A stretch of 63,929 nt of DNA, counting the filler, from Lama guanicoe (lineage: Eukaryota): NCBI GenBank assembly GCA_013239625.1. It is 104 parts of 104 records of this genome, joined end to end, with 100 filler letters (N's around TTAATTAATTAA, not from the genome) between each part and the next. Parts side by side here need not be neighbours in the genome. Positions count along the whole stretch, not along the records: positions 1 to 557 come from PNXV01026413.1; positions 658 to 1,088 come from PNXV01026415.1; positions 1,189 to 1,934 come from PNXV01026416.1; positions 2,035 to 2,470 come from PNXV01026417.1; positions 2,571 to 3,363 come from PNXV01026418.1; positions 3,464 to 4,006 come from PNXV01026420.1; positions 4,107 to 4,502 come from PNXV01026421.1; positions 4,603 to 4,901 come from PNXV01026422.1; 96 more parts are not named here. The stretch is one strand, 5' to 3'. Position 1 is the first letter of the stretch; every line of letters begins with the position of its first letter. Made by a program: the position numbers and the translations under genes. The notes below the pieces were generated by a model. The model was not told the DNA's origin. It searched no databases and was given only the letters and a program-made list of their open reading frames with translations. This document shows, in pieces, positions 1 to 10,665 of this stretch.

Positions 1-557
1 GCTCCTCCAAATGACAGCAGCGCCTGGGTTCTAATAGAGTCCCATAGCTAATATTCCTTGAGTGTTTCCCTATGCCAGACTGAGCGGGAAATCAGGGAGT
101 TTGTCTTGGAGGCCAAGTAGAAGCCACTGCCCCCCGAGGGAATATGGAATTGTTTAGAGGACTTCTCCCTAATGGGAAACAAGTGTGACCCCATTCATCT
201 ACTTGGATTGTGGCTCCACATCTCCCCACCACACAAGGTTGGCTTCCGGAATTCTGAGAGTGGGAAAGTTCCTCCAACTGAGAGCAGTGCCAGGGTTCTA
301 GTAGAATCCTTAAGCTTCTCTTCCCTGATGGATTGCATAAGCTGGAGTGCGGTTCAAAGTGGGATTTGGGCTCTAAATCCAAGTATTAGTGAGTGCCTCT
401 CCATGGGAAGTTGAGGTGTTTAACCAACAACCCCCAACAAGGGAATACCTTTGCCCCCTGGAATATGCGTGGACACTGTTTCTCCAACAAGAGCACACAC
501 ACGAAGAAGTTTCTGGAATCCTGAGCATGGGGAGGCTACTCCAAATGACAGCAGCAC
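1..557 (-). repeat. Diverged relative of the 267-bp satellite, ~2 monomers
   Basis: CTCCAA.TGA.AGCAG recurs at 5, 272 and 539 (267 period); aligns by eye with the reverse complement of the 267-bp consensus and with 48879-49721. Confidence 0.85.
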
Positions 558-657
558 NNNNNNNNNNNNNNNNNNNNNNNNNNNNNNNNNNNNNNNNNNN
601 NTTAATTAATTAANNNNNNNNNNNNNNNNNNNNNNNNNNNNNNNNNNNNNNNNNNNN
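558..657. other. Artificial assembly linker N44-TTAATTAATTAA-N44 (first of 103 copies; last at 63620-63719)
   Basis: Identical 100-bp block between every contig; the palindromic TTAATTAATTAA gives TAA stops in all six frames. Confidence 0.99.
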
Positions 658-1088
658 GGGGAATTCTGAGAAATAATTTCCCTGACCTTGGGGAGGTAGC
701 CTCTGTCGCTGGGATTCCCTGCAAACCCCCCTAGCATTCCCTGGCACAGAGACATTGGGAAAAAACCCAGGGAAGACAAGCTTAGGTATTCCGTTAGAAC
801 CCACGCGCTGCCGACCGTTGGTGGAACCTCCCCACGCTAAGGATTCCGGAACCATTGTCAGTGCGTGGGGAGCTCGAGAGACAACTCCACGCAGCTCTCT
901 TCAGTCACAGGTGTTACCTGAACGGGGAAGTCCGAGAAACAGCTTCCCTGACCTTGAGGAGGCAGCCTCTATCACTGGGATTGCCTGCAAATCCCAATAG
1001 CATTCCCTGGCACAGAGACATTGGGAAAAAACCCAGGGAAGACAAGCTTAGGTATTCCGTTAGAACCCACGCGCTGCCGACCGTTGGT
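658..1088 (+). repeat. 267-bp satellite, subfamily A
   Basis: CCCAGGGAAGACAAGCTTAGG at 766 and 1032; AAAAACCCAGGG diagnostic. Confidence 0.95.
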
Positions 1089-1188
1089 NNNNNNNNNNNN
1101 NNNNNNNNNNNNNNNNNNNNNNNNNNNNNNNNTTAATTAATTAANNNNNNNNNNNNNNNNNNNNNNNNNNNNNNNNNNNNNNNNNNNN

Positions 1189-1934
1189 CGCTGCCCCACG
1201 TCGTCACCAGCATTTGGTGTTGGCAGTGTACTGGATTTGGGCCATTCTAATAGGTTTGAAGTGGGATCTCATTGTTTTAATTTGCTTTTTCTTTGGTGAC
1301 ATATGATGTGGACCCTCCTTTCAGACATTTGTTGTCATCTGGGTATCTTCTTCGGTGAGGGTCTGTTAAGATCTTTAGCCCATCTTTAAACTGGGTTGTT
1401 TGTTTTCTTACTGTCGAGTTTTAAGAGTTCCCCGTATATTTCGGATAGCAGTCCTTTATCAGGTATGTCTTTTGCAAATATTTTCTCCTCGTCTGTAGCT
1501 TGTCTTCTAACTCTCTTGACGCTGTCTTTTGCAGAGCGGAAGTTTTTACTTTCCATGAAGTCTAGCTTATCAGTTATTTATTTCACGGATCGTGTCTTTA
1601 ATGTTGTATCTAAGAAGTCCGCACCATACCCAAGGTCACCTACATTTTGTCCTATTTTATCTTCTAGGAGTTTTGTATTTTACATTTAGGTCTATGATCC
1701 ATCCTGAGTTATTTTTGTGAAGGATATAAGGTCTGGTATATATATATGTATATTTTTTGGTGTATGACTTGTTTTAGCACCATTTATTAAGAAGACTATT
1801 TTTGCTCCATTGTATGCCGTTACCCCTTTATCAAAGGGGCCGCGTGCGTGTGGGTGTACCTCTGGGCCCTCTGTGCCGTTCCACTGAGCTACGCGTCTGT
1901 TACTTCACCGACACTGCACCGCCTTGATTACTGC
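1189..1934 (-). mobile_element. Old LINE-1 fragment (ORF2 3' region)
   Basis: Antisense L1 motifs GCCATTCTAATAGG...TCTCATTGTTTTAATTTGC, TTTGCAAATATTTTCTCC, AGCACCATTTATTAA. Confidence 0.85.
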
Positions 1935-2034
1935 NNNNNNNNNNNNNNNNNNNNNNNNNNNNNNNNNNNNNNNNNNNNTTAATTAATTAANNNNNNNNNN
2001 NNNNNNNNNNNNNNNNNNNNNNNNNNNNNNNNNN

Positions 2035-2470
2035 CTTCAGTCACAGGTGTTCCCTGTTAGGGGAAATTCTGAGAAATACTTTCAGTGAACTTGGGGAGGC
2101 AGCCTCTGTCAGTGGGATTTCCTGCAAACCCCGCTAGCATTCCATGGCACAGAGGCATTAGGAAAAACCCAGGGGACACAAGCTTAGGCAATCCGTTAGA
2201 ACCCACGCGCTGCCGACCGTTGGTGGAACCTCCCCACGCTCAGGATTCCGGAACCATTGTCAGTGCGTGGGGAGCTCGAGAGACAACTCCACGCAGCTCT
2301 CTTCTGTCACAGGTGTTCCCTGTTAGGGTGAATTCTGAGAAATATCTTCCCTGAACTAAGGGAGGCAGCCTCTGTCAGTGGGATTTCCTGCAAACCCCGC
2401 TAGCATTCCATGGCACAGAGGCATTAGGAAAAACCCAGGGGACACAAGCTTAGGCAATCCGTTAGAACCC
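2035..2470 (+). repeat. 267-bp satellite, subfamily A
   Basis: Tandem near-identical monomers with AAAAACCCAGGGG. Confidence 0.95.
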
Positions 2471-2570
2471 NNNNNNNNNNNNNNNNNNNNNNNNNNNNNN
2501 NNNNNNNNNNNNNNTTAATTAATTAANNNNNNNNNNNNNNNNNNNNNNNNNNNNNNNNNNNNNNNNNNNN

Positions 2571-3363
2571 CCAGAATTTAGAACATGGAATGCAGAGCAC
2601 AGAATTTAAAATATACAATGCAGAATACTGAATATAAAATTTCGAACAAAGAATGTAGATCACAGAATATGGAATGTAGAATACGGAATGCAGAATATTG
2701 AATACAGAATATAAAATATAGAACACAGAATTTAGAATATGGAAAACAGAATATAGAACCCAGAATTTAGAACATGGAATGCACTACACAGAATTTGAAA
2801 TATAGAATACAGAATACTGAATATCGAATTTAGAATATAGAACGCAGAACACAGAATATAGAATATAGAATACGGAATGCAGTATATAGAATACAGAATA
2901 TAGAATGTAGAATACAGAATATACATTATGGAAAACAGAATACAGAACCCAGAATTTAGAAAATGGAATTCAGAACACAGAATTTAGAATATAGAATACA
3001 GAATACATAATATAAATTTTAGAATATAGAATATAGAACGCAGAATATAGAATATAGTATACGGAATGCATAATATAGGACACAGAATATAGGATTTAGA
3101 ACACAGAATATAGAATATAGTATATGGAATGCATAATATAGGATAAAGAATATAGGATATAGAACACAGAATATAGAATATTTCATAGAGTATATGGAAC
3201 CCAAAATTTAGAACATGGAATGCAGAACACAGAATTTAGAATATAGAAAACAGAATACTGAATATAGAATTTACAATATAGAATTTACAACACAGAATAT
3301 AGAATGTAGAATATGGAATGTAGAATATAGAATACAGAATATAGAATATTGAACACAGAATAT
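2571..3363 (-). repeat. Heptamer satellite (GAATATA strand) with 189-bp higher-order period
   Basis: CCARAATTTAGAA.ATGG at 2571, 2760, 2949 and 3201. Confidence 0.95.
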
Positions 3364-3463
3364 NNNNNNNNNNNNNNNNNNNNNNNNNNNNNNNNNNNNN
3401 NNNNNNNTTAATTAATTAANNNNNNNNNNNNNNNNNNNNNNNNNNNNNNNNNNNNNNNNNNNN

Positions 3464-4006
3464 GTATCCAATATTCTATATTCTGTGTTCTACATTCTAT
3501 TTTCTTAGTTCGGTATTCAGTATTCTGTATTCTGTATTCTAAATTCTGTGTTATAAATTCCATGTTCTAAATTTTGGGTTGTATATTCTCTATTGTATAT
3601 TCTATATTTTACGTTCATCATTTTATATTCTATATTCTATATTCTGCATTCCTTAGTCTATATTCTATATTGTGTGTTCTACATTCTATATTCTAAATTC
3701 TATATTCAATATACTATATTCTATATTATAATTCTGTGTTCTGCATTGCATGTTCTAAATTCTGGTTTCTGTATTCTGTTCTCCATATTCTTTTTTGTGT
3801 TCTACATTCTATATTATGGATTCTATATTCTGCATTACGTATTCTATATTCTATAATCTGTGTTCTACATTGTATATTCTAAATTGTATATTCAGCATTC
3901 CGTATTCTATATTCTATACTGTGTGTTCAACATTCTAGATTCTAAATTTTATATTCCGTATTCTGTATTCTATATTCTAAATTCTCTGTTCTGAATTCCA
4001 TTTTCT
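3464..4006 (+). repeat. Heptamer satellite (TATATTC strand)
   Basis: Tandem NNNNTTC heptamers. Confidence 0.95.
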
Positions 4007-4106
4007 NNNNNNNNNNNNNNNNNNNNNNNNNNNNNNNNNNNNNNNNNNNNTTAATTAATTAANNNNNNNNNNNNNNNNNNNNNNNNNNNNNNNNNNNNNN
4101 NNNNNN

Positions 4107-4502
4107 GGGAAGGCCCAGGAGTGTACAGGTCCAGGATTGTGCAGGCCCAGGGGTGGTCAGGCCCAGAAGTGTGCAGGCGCAGAAGTGTTCAGTCCCAGGA
4201 GTGTGCCAGCACAGGTGGGAACAGGGCTAGGAGTGTGCAGGCACAGGTGCGAGCAGGCCCAGGAGTATGCAGGCACAGGAGGGAGCAGACCTAGGTCGTG
4301 CAGGCCCTGGAGTGTGTAGACACCATAGTGTGCAGACATAGGAGTGTGCAGAGAAGGAGTTTGCAGGCCCAGGTGTGTTTAGGCCCAGTGCTGTGCAGGT
4401 CCAGCAGTGTGCAGGCCATTAGTGTGCAGATCCAGGAGGATAAAGCCTAGGCATGTTCAGGCCCAATATTGGGCAGGTCGTGCCTTTGCAGGCTGATGAG
4501 TG
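4107..4502 (+). repeat. Degenerate 16-bp GC-rich minisatellite, consensus GCAGGCCCAGGAGTGT, ~25 copies
   Basis: Whole contig parses into 15-16-bp units. Confidence 0.9.
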
Positions 4503-4602
4503 NNNNNNNNNNNNNNNNNNNNNNNNNNNNNNNNNNNNNNNNNNNNTTAATTAATTAANNNNNNNNNNNNNNNNNNNNNNNNNNNNNNNNNNNNNNNNNN
4601 NN

Positions 4603-4901
4603 CTATCTTCTTTATTCTGTGTTCTACATTCTTTATTCTAAATTCTATATTAGGTATTCCATATTCTATATTGTATATTCTGGGTTCTGCATTCCATGTT
4701 CTAAAATCTATATTCAGTATTTTGTATTCTATATTCTAAACACTGAATTCTGCTTTCCATGTTCTAAATTCTGGGTTCTATATTCTCTACTCTGTATTCT
4801 ATATTCTGTGTTCATAATTCTATTTTCTATATTCTATATTCTGCATTCCGAATCTATATTCTATATTCTGTTTTCTACATTCTATATTCTGTATTCAATA
4901 T
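4603..4901 (+). repeat. Heptamer satellite
   Basis: Tandem NNNNTTC heptamers. Confidence 0.95.
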
Positions 4902-5001
4902 NNNNNNNNNNNNNNNNNNNNNNNNNNNNNNNNNNNNNNNNNNNNTTAATTAATTAANNNNNNNNNNNNNNNNNNNNNNNNNNNNNNNNNNNNNNNNNNN
5001 N

Positions 5002-5638
5002 TTAATACATAACTCATAATTTAGAACATGGTATGCAGAAAACAAAATTAAGAAAATAGAATACAATATACTGAAATTAGAATTTATAACATGGAATGCA
5101 GAACACAGAACATAGAATATAGAATACAGAACACTGAATATAGAATTAAGATTATAGAATGTAGAACACTGAATATATAATATAGAATAGAGAATATAGA
5201 ACCCAGAATTTAGAACATAAAATTCTGAACACAGAATTTAGAATATAGAATACAGAATACTGAATATAGAATTAAGATTATAGAATGTAGAACACTGAAT
5301 ATAGAATTAAGATTATAGAATGTAGAACACTGAATATAGAATTAAGATTATAGAATGTAGAACACTGAATATAGAATTTAGAATATAGAATACAGAATAC
5401 TGAATATAGGATTTAGAAACTGGAAAGTAGAACACAGAGTATAGAATATAGAACAGAGAATATAGAATCAAAAATTTTAACATGGAATACAGCACACAGA
5501 ATTTAAAATATAGAGAACAGAATACTGAATATAGAATTTAGAATATAGAACACAGAATATAAAATATAGAATATGGAATGCAGAATTTGGAATACAGAAT
5601 ATAGAATTTAGAATACAGAATATATAATATGGAAATCA
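5002..5638 (-). repeat. Heptamer satellite with local 35-bp triplication
   Basis: TGAATATAGAATTAAGATTATAGAATGTAGAACAC at 5261, 5296 and 5331. Confidence 0.95.
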
Positions 5639-5738
5639 NNNNNNNNNNNNNNNNNNNNNNNNNNNNNNNNNNNNNNNNNNNNTTAATTAATTAANNNNNN
5701 NNNNNNNNNNNNNNNNNNNNNNNNNNNNNNNNNNNNNN

Positions 5739-6200
5739 ATATTCTAAATTCTATTTTCAGTATTCTCTATTCAATATTCTAAATTCTAATTTCTGCATTC
5801 CATGGTCTAAATTCTGGCTTCAATATTCTCTATTCTATATTCAATACTTTGTATGCTGCTTTCTATATTCTAAATTCAATATTCTGAATTCCGTATTCTA
5901 TATTCTATATTCTGTGTTCTACATTCTATATTCTAAATTCTATTTTCAGTATTCTCTATTCAATATTCTAAATTCTAATTTCTGCATTCCATGGTCTAAA
6001 TTCTGGCTTCAATATTCTCTATTCTATATTCAATACTTTGTATGCTGCTTTCTATATTCTAAATTCAATATTCTGCATTCCGTATTCTATATTCTATATT
6101 CTGTGTTCTACATTTTATTTTTTAAATTCTATATTCAATATTCTTTATTCAATATTCTAAATTCTGTGTTCTACATCTATGTTCTAAATTCTATATTCAG
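5739..6200 (+). repeat. Heptamer satellite, near-exact 189-bp duplication
   Basis: ATATTCTAAATTCTATTTTCAG at 5739 and 5928. Confidence 0.95.
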
Positions 6201-6300
6201 NNNNNNNNNNNNNNNNNNNNNNNNNNNNNNNNNNNNNNNNNNNNTTAATTAATTAANNNNNNNNNNNNNNNNNNNNNNNNNNNNNNNNNNNNNNNNNNNN

Positions 6301-6768
6301 ACTGGGATTTCCTGCAACCACCCCTAGCATTCCCTGGCACAGAGACTTGTGGAAAACCCTTAGGGGAGACGAGCAAAGGCATTCCGCTAGAACCCACGTG
6401 CTGCCGACCGTTGGTGGAACCTCCCCACGCTCAGGATTCCGGAACCATAGTAATTGAGTGGGGGAGCTTGAGAGACAACTCCACGCAGCTCTCTTCAGTC
6501 ACAGGTGTTCCCTGCTCGGGGAAGTCCGAGAAATGCCTTCCCTGACCTTGGGGAGGCAGCCTCTGTCACTGGGATTTCCTGCAACCCCCCCTAGCATTCC
6601 CTGGCAGAGAGAAATGAGGAGAACCCTCCAGGGAGACGAACACAGGCATTCCCTTAGAACCCACGCGCTGCCGAACGTTGGTGGAACATCCCCACGCTCA
6701 GGATTCCGGAACCATAGTAATTGAGTGGGGGAGCTTGAGAGACAACTCCACGCAGCTCTCTTCAGTCA
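6301..6768 (+). repeat. 267-bp satellite, subfamily B
   Basis: ATTGAGTGGGGG, CCCTGCTCGGGG and CACAGGCATTCC diagnostics. Confidence 0.95.
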
Positions 6769-7360
6769 NNNNNNNNNNNNNNNNNNNNNNNNNNNNNNNN
6801 NNNNNNNNNNNNTTAATTAATTAANNNNNNNNNNNNNNNNNNNNNNNNNNNNNNNNNNNNNNNNNNNNCAAAAAAATACATTATACTTAAAAGGATACAT
6901 AATATTCAACATATGTGCATAGACACATACATTCAATTATTCATGCCCAAAGCATTAGAATATCTCTGTTGGGGGAACTGGGGATATTGAAAGCATGTAG
7001 AAAGTAGAATTGGGAAATATGTACTTAATTCTTGTACTACGAGTCTGCAATAGTGAGAGGAAAAACAAAAATACAGTTATTCTAACCTAATGGGTAAAAC
7101 TTAAATCTTAACCTGTGATACACTGGTTTTATACTTTACCTCCTACAATCCCTTTTCACAATCAAACTATTATTTATATAACAAATAAATGTTAATTTCC
7201 TTGATGCTGAGGCCCAATATATTGGGTATGTTTTCCTATAATATCAAGATAATAAAGAAANNNNNNNNNNNNNNNNNNNNNNNNNNNNNNNNNNNNNNNN
7301 NNNNTTAATTAATTAANNNNNNNNNNNNNNNNNNNNNNNNNNNNNNNNNNNNNNNNNNNN

Positions 7361-7706
7361 TACACACAGGAACTAAATATATATGCAGTATTTATATGTA
7401 TATATATGTGTACACACAGATAAAAATACAATGGGTTATTATTCAGTTCTAAGCAGAATAAGTTTTTGTCATTTGCAACAAATGGGTAGACCAAGAGGGT
7501 AATATGCTAAGTGAAATAACTCAGAAGGAGAATGATAAGTGCTGAATGATTTTACTCACATGTGGAATTTTAAACAAATGAACATAACAACACAAAAAGG
7601 AGTTAAAGATAAATAAAGAAACAGGATTTTCACAAGAAGGAGGAAAATGGGGTGAGAAAAAGAAAAATTTGAGGAAAATTAAGAGAGAAAATTTTCCAGT
7701 TGCAAA
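7361..7706 (+). mobile_element. LINE-1 ORF2 end / 3' UTR fragment
   Basis: ATACAATGG...CATTTGCAACAAATGG...ATGCTAAGTGAAATAA...CACATGTGGAAT. Confidence 0.85.
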
Positions 7707-7871
7707 NNNNNNNNNNNNNNNNNNNNNNNNNNNNNNNNNNNNNNNNNNNNTTAATTAATTAANNNNNNNNNNNNNNNNNNNNNNNNNNNNNNNNNNNNNN
7801 NNNNNNACTGCAAGCCCCCGCCTCTGCAGATGGAGAGGCACAGAAACAGAGACGGAAAGGGACCCCGGGAC

Positions 7872-7997
7872 GGGAGGCGGGTATAGCTCAGTGGTAGACT
7901 GCATGCCTAGCACGCACAAGGTCCTGGGTTCAATCCCCAGTGCCTCCATTAGAAAACAAACAGATCTGATTACCTCCCCTGCCAAAAAAAAAAAAAA
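7872..7997 (+). mobile_element. tRNA-derived SINE, camelid Vic-1 type, full length
   Basis: A box TAGCTCAGTGG, B box GGTTCAATCC, tail ATTACCTCCCC plus poly(A); 17-bp TSD GAAAGGGACCCYRGGAC at 7855-7871 and 8011-8027. Confidence 0.88.
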
Positions 7998-8084
7998 GAC
8001 TACATACCCAGAAAGGGACCCTAGGACCCCAAGGCTGTTGTCCAGACACACTTATCACAGTTGGGGGAAGGGGAGGGGTACCAT

Positions 8085-8215
8085 GTTCTGGGCTCTGAAT
8101 AACCCACCTGTAGAGGCCTCAGGCTTCTCATCTGCACGATGGGGGGGTCATCACCTAGGGATGTGGAGAGAATTTTAGGACTGGGCTCAGTGTGCCCAGG
8201 GCCTGGAACAAAGTC
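8085..8215 (+). mobile_element. Degenerate MIR fragment
   Basis: GGCCTCAGGCTTCTCATCTGCACGATGGGG resembles the MIR core. Confidence 0.5.
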
Positions 8216-8575
8216 AGTGACCAAAAAGTAGGTACTCCAAACTATTATGAACTCATATCAAATCCCGTATCAAACTCCAGGATGACGATTCTCGCAAACT
8301 CACTAAAGATATGGCTAATGTTTTATTTTATCTTTGTAACCTGAACACCCCCCCCACCGCCCAGCACAGCGCCTGGCAAGCGTAAGAGCTGAAGATGTGG
8401 CTGTGGAAGGAAGGCGGGAGGAGGATGGTGGAGGGGAGGGAAAGAGGGAACGAGCCAGGGACGTGGTCCTTTATTNNNNNNNNNNNNNNNNNNNNNNNNN
8501 NNNNNNNNNNNNNNNNNNNTTAATTAATTAANNNNNNNNNNNNNNNNNNNNNNNNNNNNNNNNNNNNNNNNNNNN

Positions 8576-8995
8576 CCCAGGGATCATGGTCTCTATAATG
8601 TCATCCCTGGAATCATAAATGTCATGTGATATAGTCTCAGATGGCACATTCATCATGTGGTAGAATATAAGAAGTAATTTTATCTATGGTCTTCTTTGTG
8701 CTGTTCTCAAAGCATTCCAATTGGTGTTTTCAATTCCTGCCCTCAACTGTCTAAACTATATTTTCTAGTCAATACTTTCTGTTGCTTTTATGTTCCAGCC
8801 AAAGACAAGCTTACATCCTCAGGGTGTCTCTTAATGCCTTTCCAAATCTAAGACCACAACTCAACTTAGTTTAGTCATTTCTTTATAAATCTGGCATCTG
8901 ACTACCTTGGCATGTCTTTATGTTTCACTGTATCTGAAGATACATCCAGGCAAATGCTTGTCAGCTATTTTAGCTGCAACCTCACCACATTTCAA
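8576..8995. repeat. Unidentified multicopy sequence, paralogous to 13616-13990
   Basis: Colinear similarity from 8633 onward. Confidence 0.85.
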
Positions 8996-9095
8996 NNNNN
9001 NNNNNNNNNNNNNNNNNNNNNNNNNNNNNNNNNNNNNNNTTAATTAATTAANNNNNNNNNNNNNNNNNNNNNNNNNNNNNNNNNNNNNNNNNNNN

Positions 9096-9215
9096 TACAT
9101 ATATATACACACACTCATATATATATATATACATACAATCTGAATTAACCTAAGTCACTTTACTGTACACCTGAAACTAACATAATATTGTAAATACACT
9201 ACACTTCAATAAAAA
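9096..9215 (+). mobile_element. LINE-1 extreme 3' end
   Basis: TCACTTTACTGTACACCTGAAACTAAC...TTGTAAAT...ACTTCAATAAAAA. Confidence 0.8.
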
Positions 9216-9231
9216 GATTATGTAATCCAGG

Positions 9232-9717
9232 AAAAGATACAATTTTATTTTTCCTTTTTGATTTGAATGCCTTTCATTTATTTTTCATGACTGATTTCTC
9301 TGCATGGGACTTCCTGTACAATGTTGAGTAGAATTAGTGAGAGTCGAAATTCTTATGGCTTTCCTGATTTTAGAGAAAAGCCTTCAAGCTTTTTTTGAGT
9401 ATGAGGTTAGCTGTTGCATTGTTATGGTCTTTATTTTGTTGCATTGCTTTCCTTCTATACTTAGAATATATTTTTTACCATGAAAAGCAGTTGAAGTTCG
9501 TTAAGTGACTTTTCTGTACCTGTTGAGATTATCACGATTTTATCCTTCATTCTGTTAGTGTGATGTAGCAAATCAATAAACATTGATTTTTATGTGTTGA
9601 AGTATCCTGGTATCCCAGGAATTAATCCCACTTGATAATGCAATATGATTCTTTTAATGTACTGTTAGTTTTTTTGTTGTATGTTTTTGATGATTTTTGT
9701 ATCTATCTTCATCTGAG
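9232..9717 (-). mobile_element. Old LINE-1 ORF2 (RT region) fragment
   Basis: Antisense motifs GACTTCCTGTACAATGTTGAGTAG, TTCCTGATTTTAGAG, AATCCCACTTGAT. Confidence 0.8.
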
Positions 9718-9817
9718 NNNNNNNNNNNNNNNNNNNNNNNNNNNNNNNNNNNNNNNNNNNNTTAATTAATTAANNNNNNNNNNNNNNNNNNNNNNNNNNN
9801 NNNNNNNNNNNNNNNNN

Positions 9818-10046
9818 ATTCCATATTCTGTGTTCTTCATTCTATATTCTAAATTCGATATTCAGTTATCTCTATTCTATTTAATAAATTCTGTGTTCTA
9901 CATTCCATGTTCTTAATTCTGGGTTCTATATTCTCTATTCTATATTGTATATTTTGTGTTCATCATTCTATACTCTATATATTATATTCTGCATTCTGTA
10001 GTCCATATCCTATATTCTGTGTTCTACATTCTATATTTTAAATTCT
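9818..10046 (+). repeat. Heptamer satellite
   Basis: Tandem NNNNTTC heptamers. Confidence 0.95.
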
Positions 10047-10146
10047 NNNNNNNNNNNNNNNNNNNNNNNNNNNNNNNNNNNNNNNNNNNNTTAATTAATT
10101 AANNNNNNNNNNNNNNNNNNNNNNNNNNNNNNNNNNNNNNNNNNNN

Positions 10147-10665
10147 AGATGTTCGTTCATCTAGCACAAAGGGAACAGTTTGCAGGAGAAACAGTCTGAT
10201 TTCTCAGTCTGTTCCCTATTGCCGGTTTGAAGTTCCTGCAGTTTTCACTGTAAAACCGAGTTGGTGCTTGTATCTCGTCATATATATGCATGGAGTGGTG
10301 TCTGCAACTGAAGAGAAACTTTGAGTTCCCAACAAGCTAGGTGAAGGACGGCTTTCACACACGGTTGTCTCTCAAAACTGAGCATGTGGACGGACGTTCG
10401 TTCATCTAGCACAAAGGGAACAGGTTGCAGGAGAAACATTTACTCTGGTTTCTCAGTCTGTTTCCTAGTGCCGGTTTGAAGTTCCTGCAGTTTTCACTGT
10501 AAAACCGAGTTGGTGCTTGTATCTCGTCATATATATGCATGGAGTGGTGTCTGCAACTGAAGAGAAACTTTGAGTTCCCAACAAGCTAGGTGAAGGACGG
10601 CTTTCACACACGGTTGTCTCTCAAAACTGAGCATGTGGACGGACGTTCGTTCATCTAGCACAAAG
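10147..10665 (-). repeat. 249-bp satellite, subfamily X
   Basis: GTTCGTTCATCTAGCACAAAG at 10151, 10396 and 10645. Confidence 0.95.

Noticed and set aside
755..1136. Recurrent ORF family (ELERQLHAALFSHRCS, LEPTRCRPLVEPPHAQDSG) suggesting a multigene family
   Set aside because: Translations of the GC-rich 267-bp satellite in various frames and on both strands, with inconsistent stops and frameshifts and no splice structure
7872..7950. tRNA-Ala-like gene
   Set aside because: Imperfect stems, SINE-type tail, poly(A) and TSD show it is a retroposed SINE
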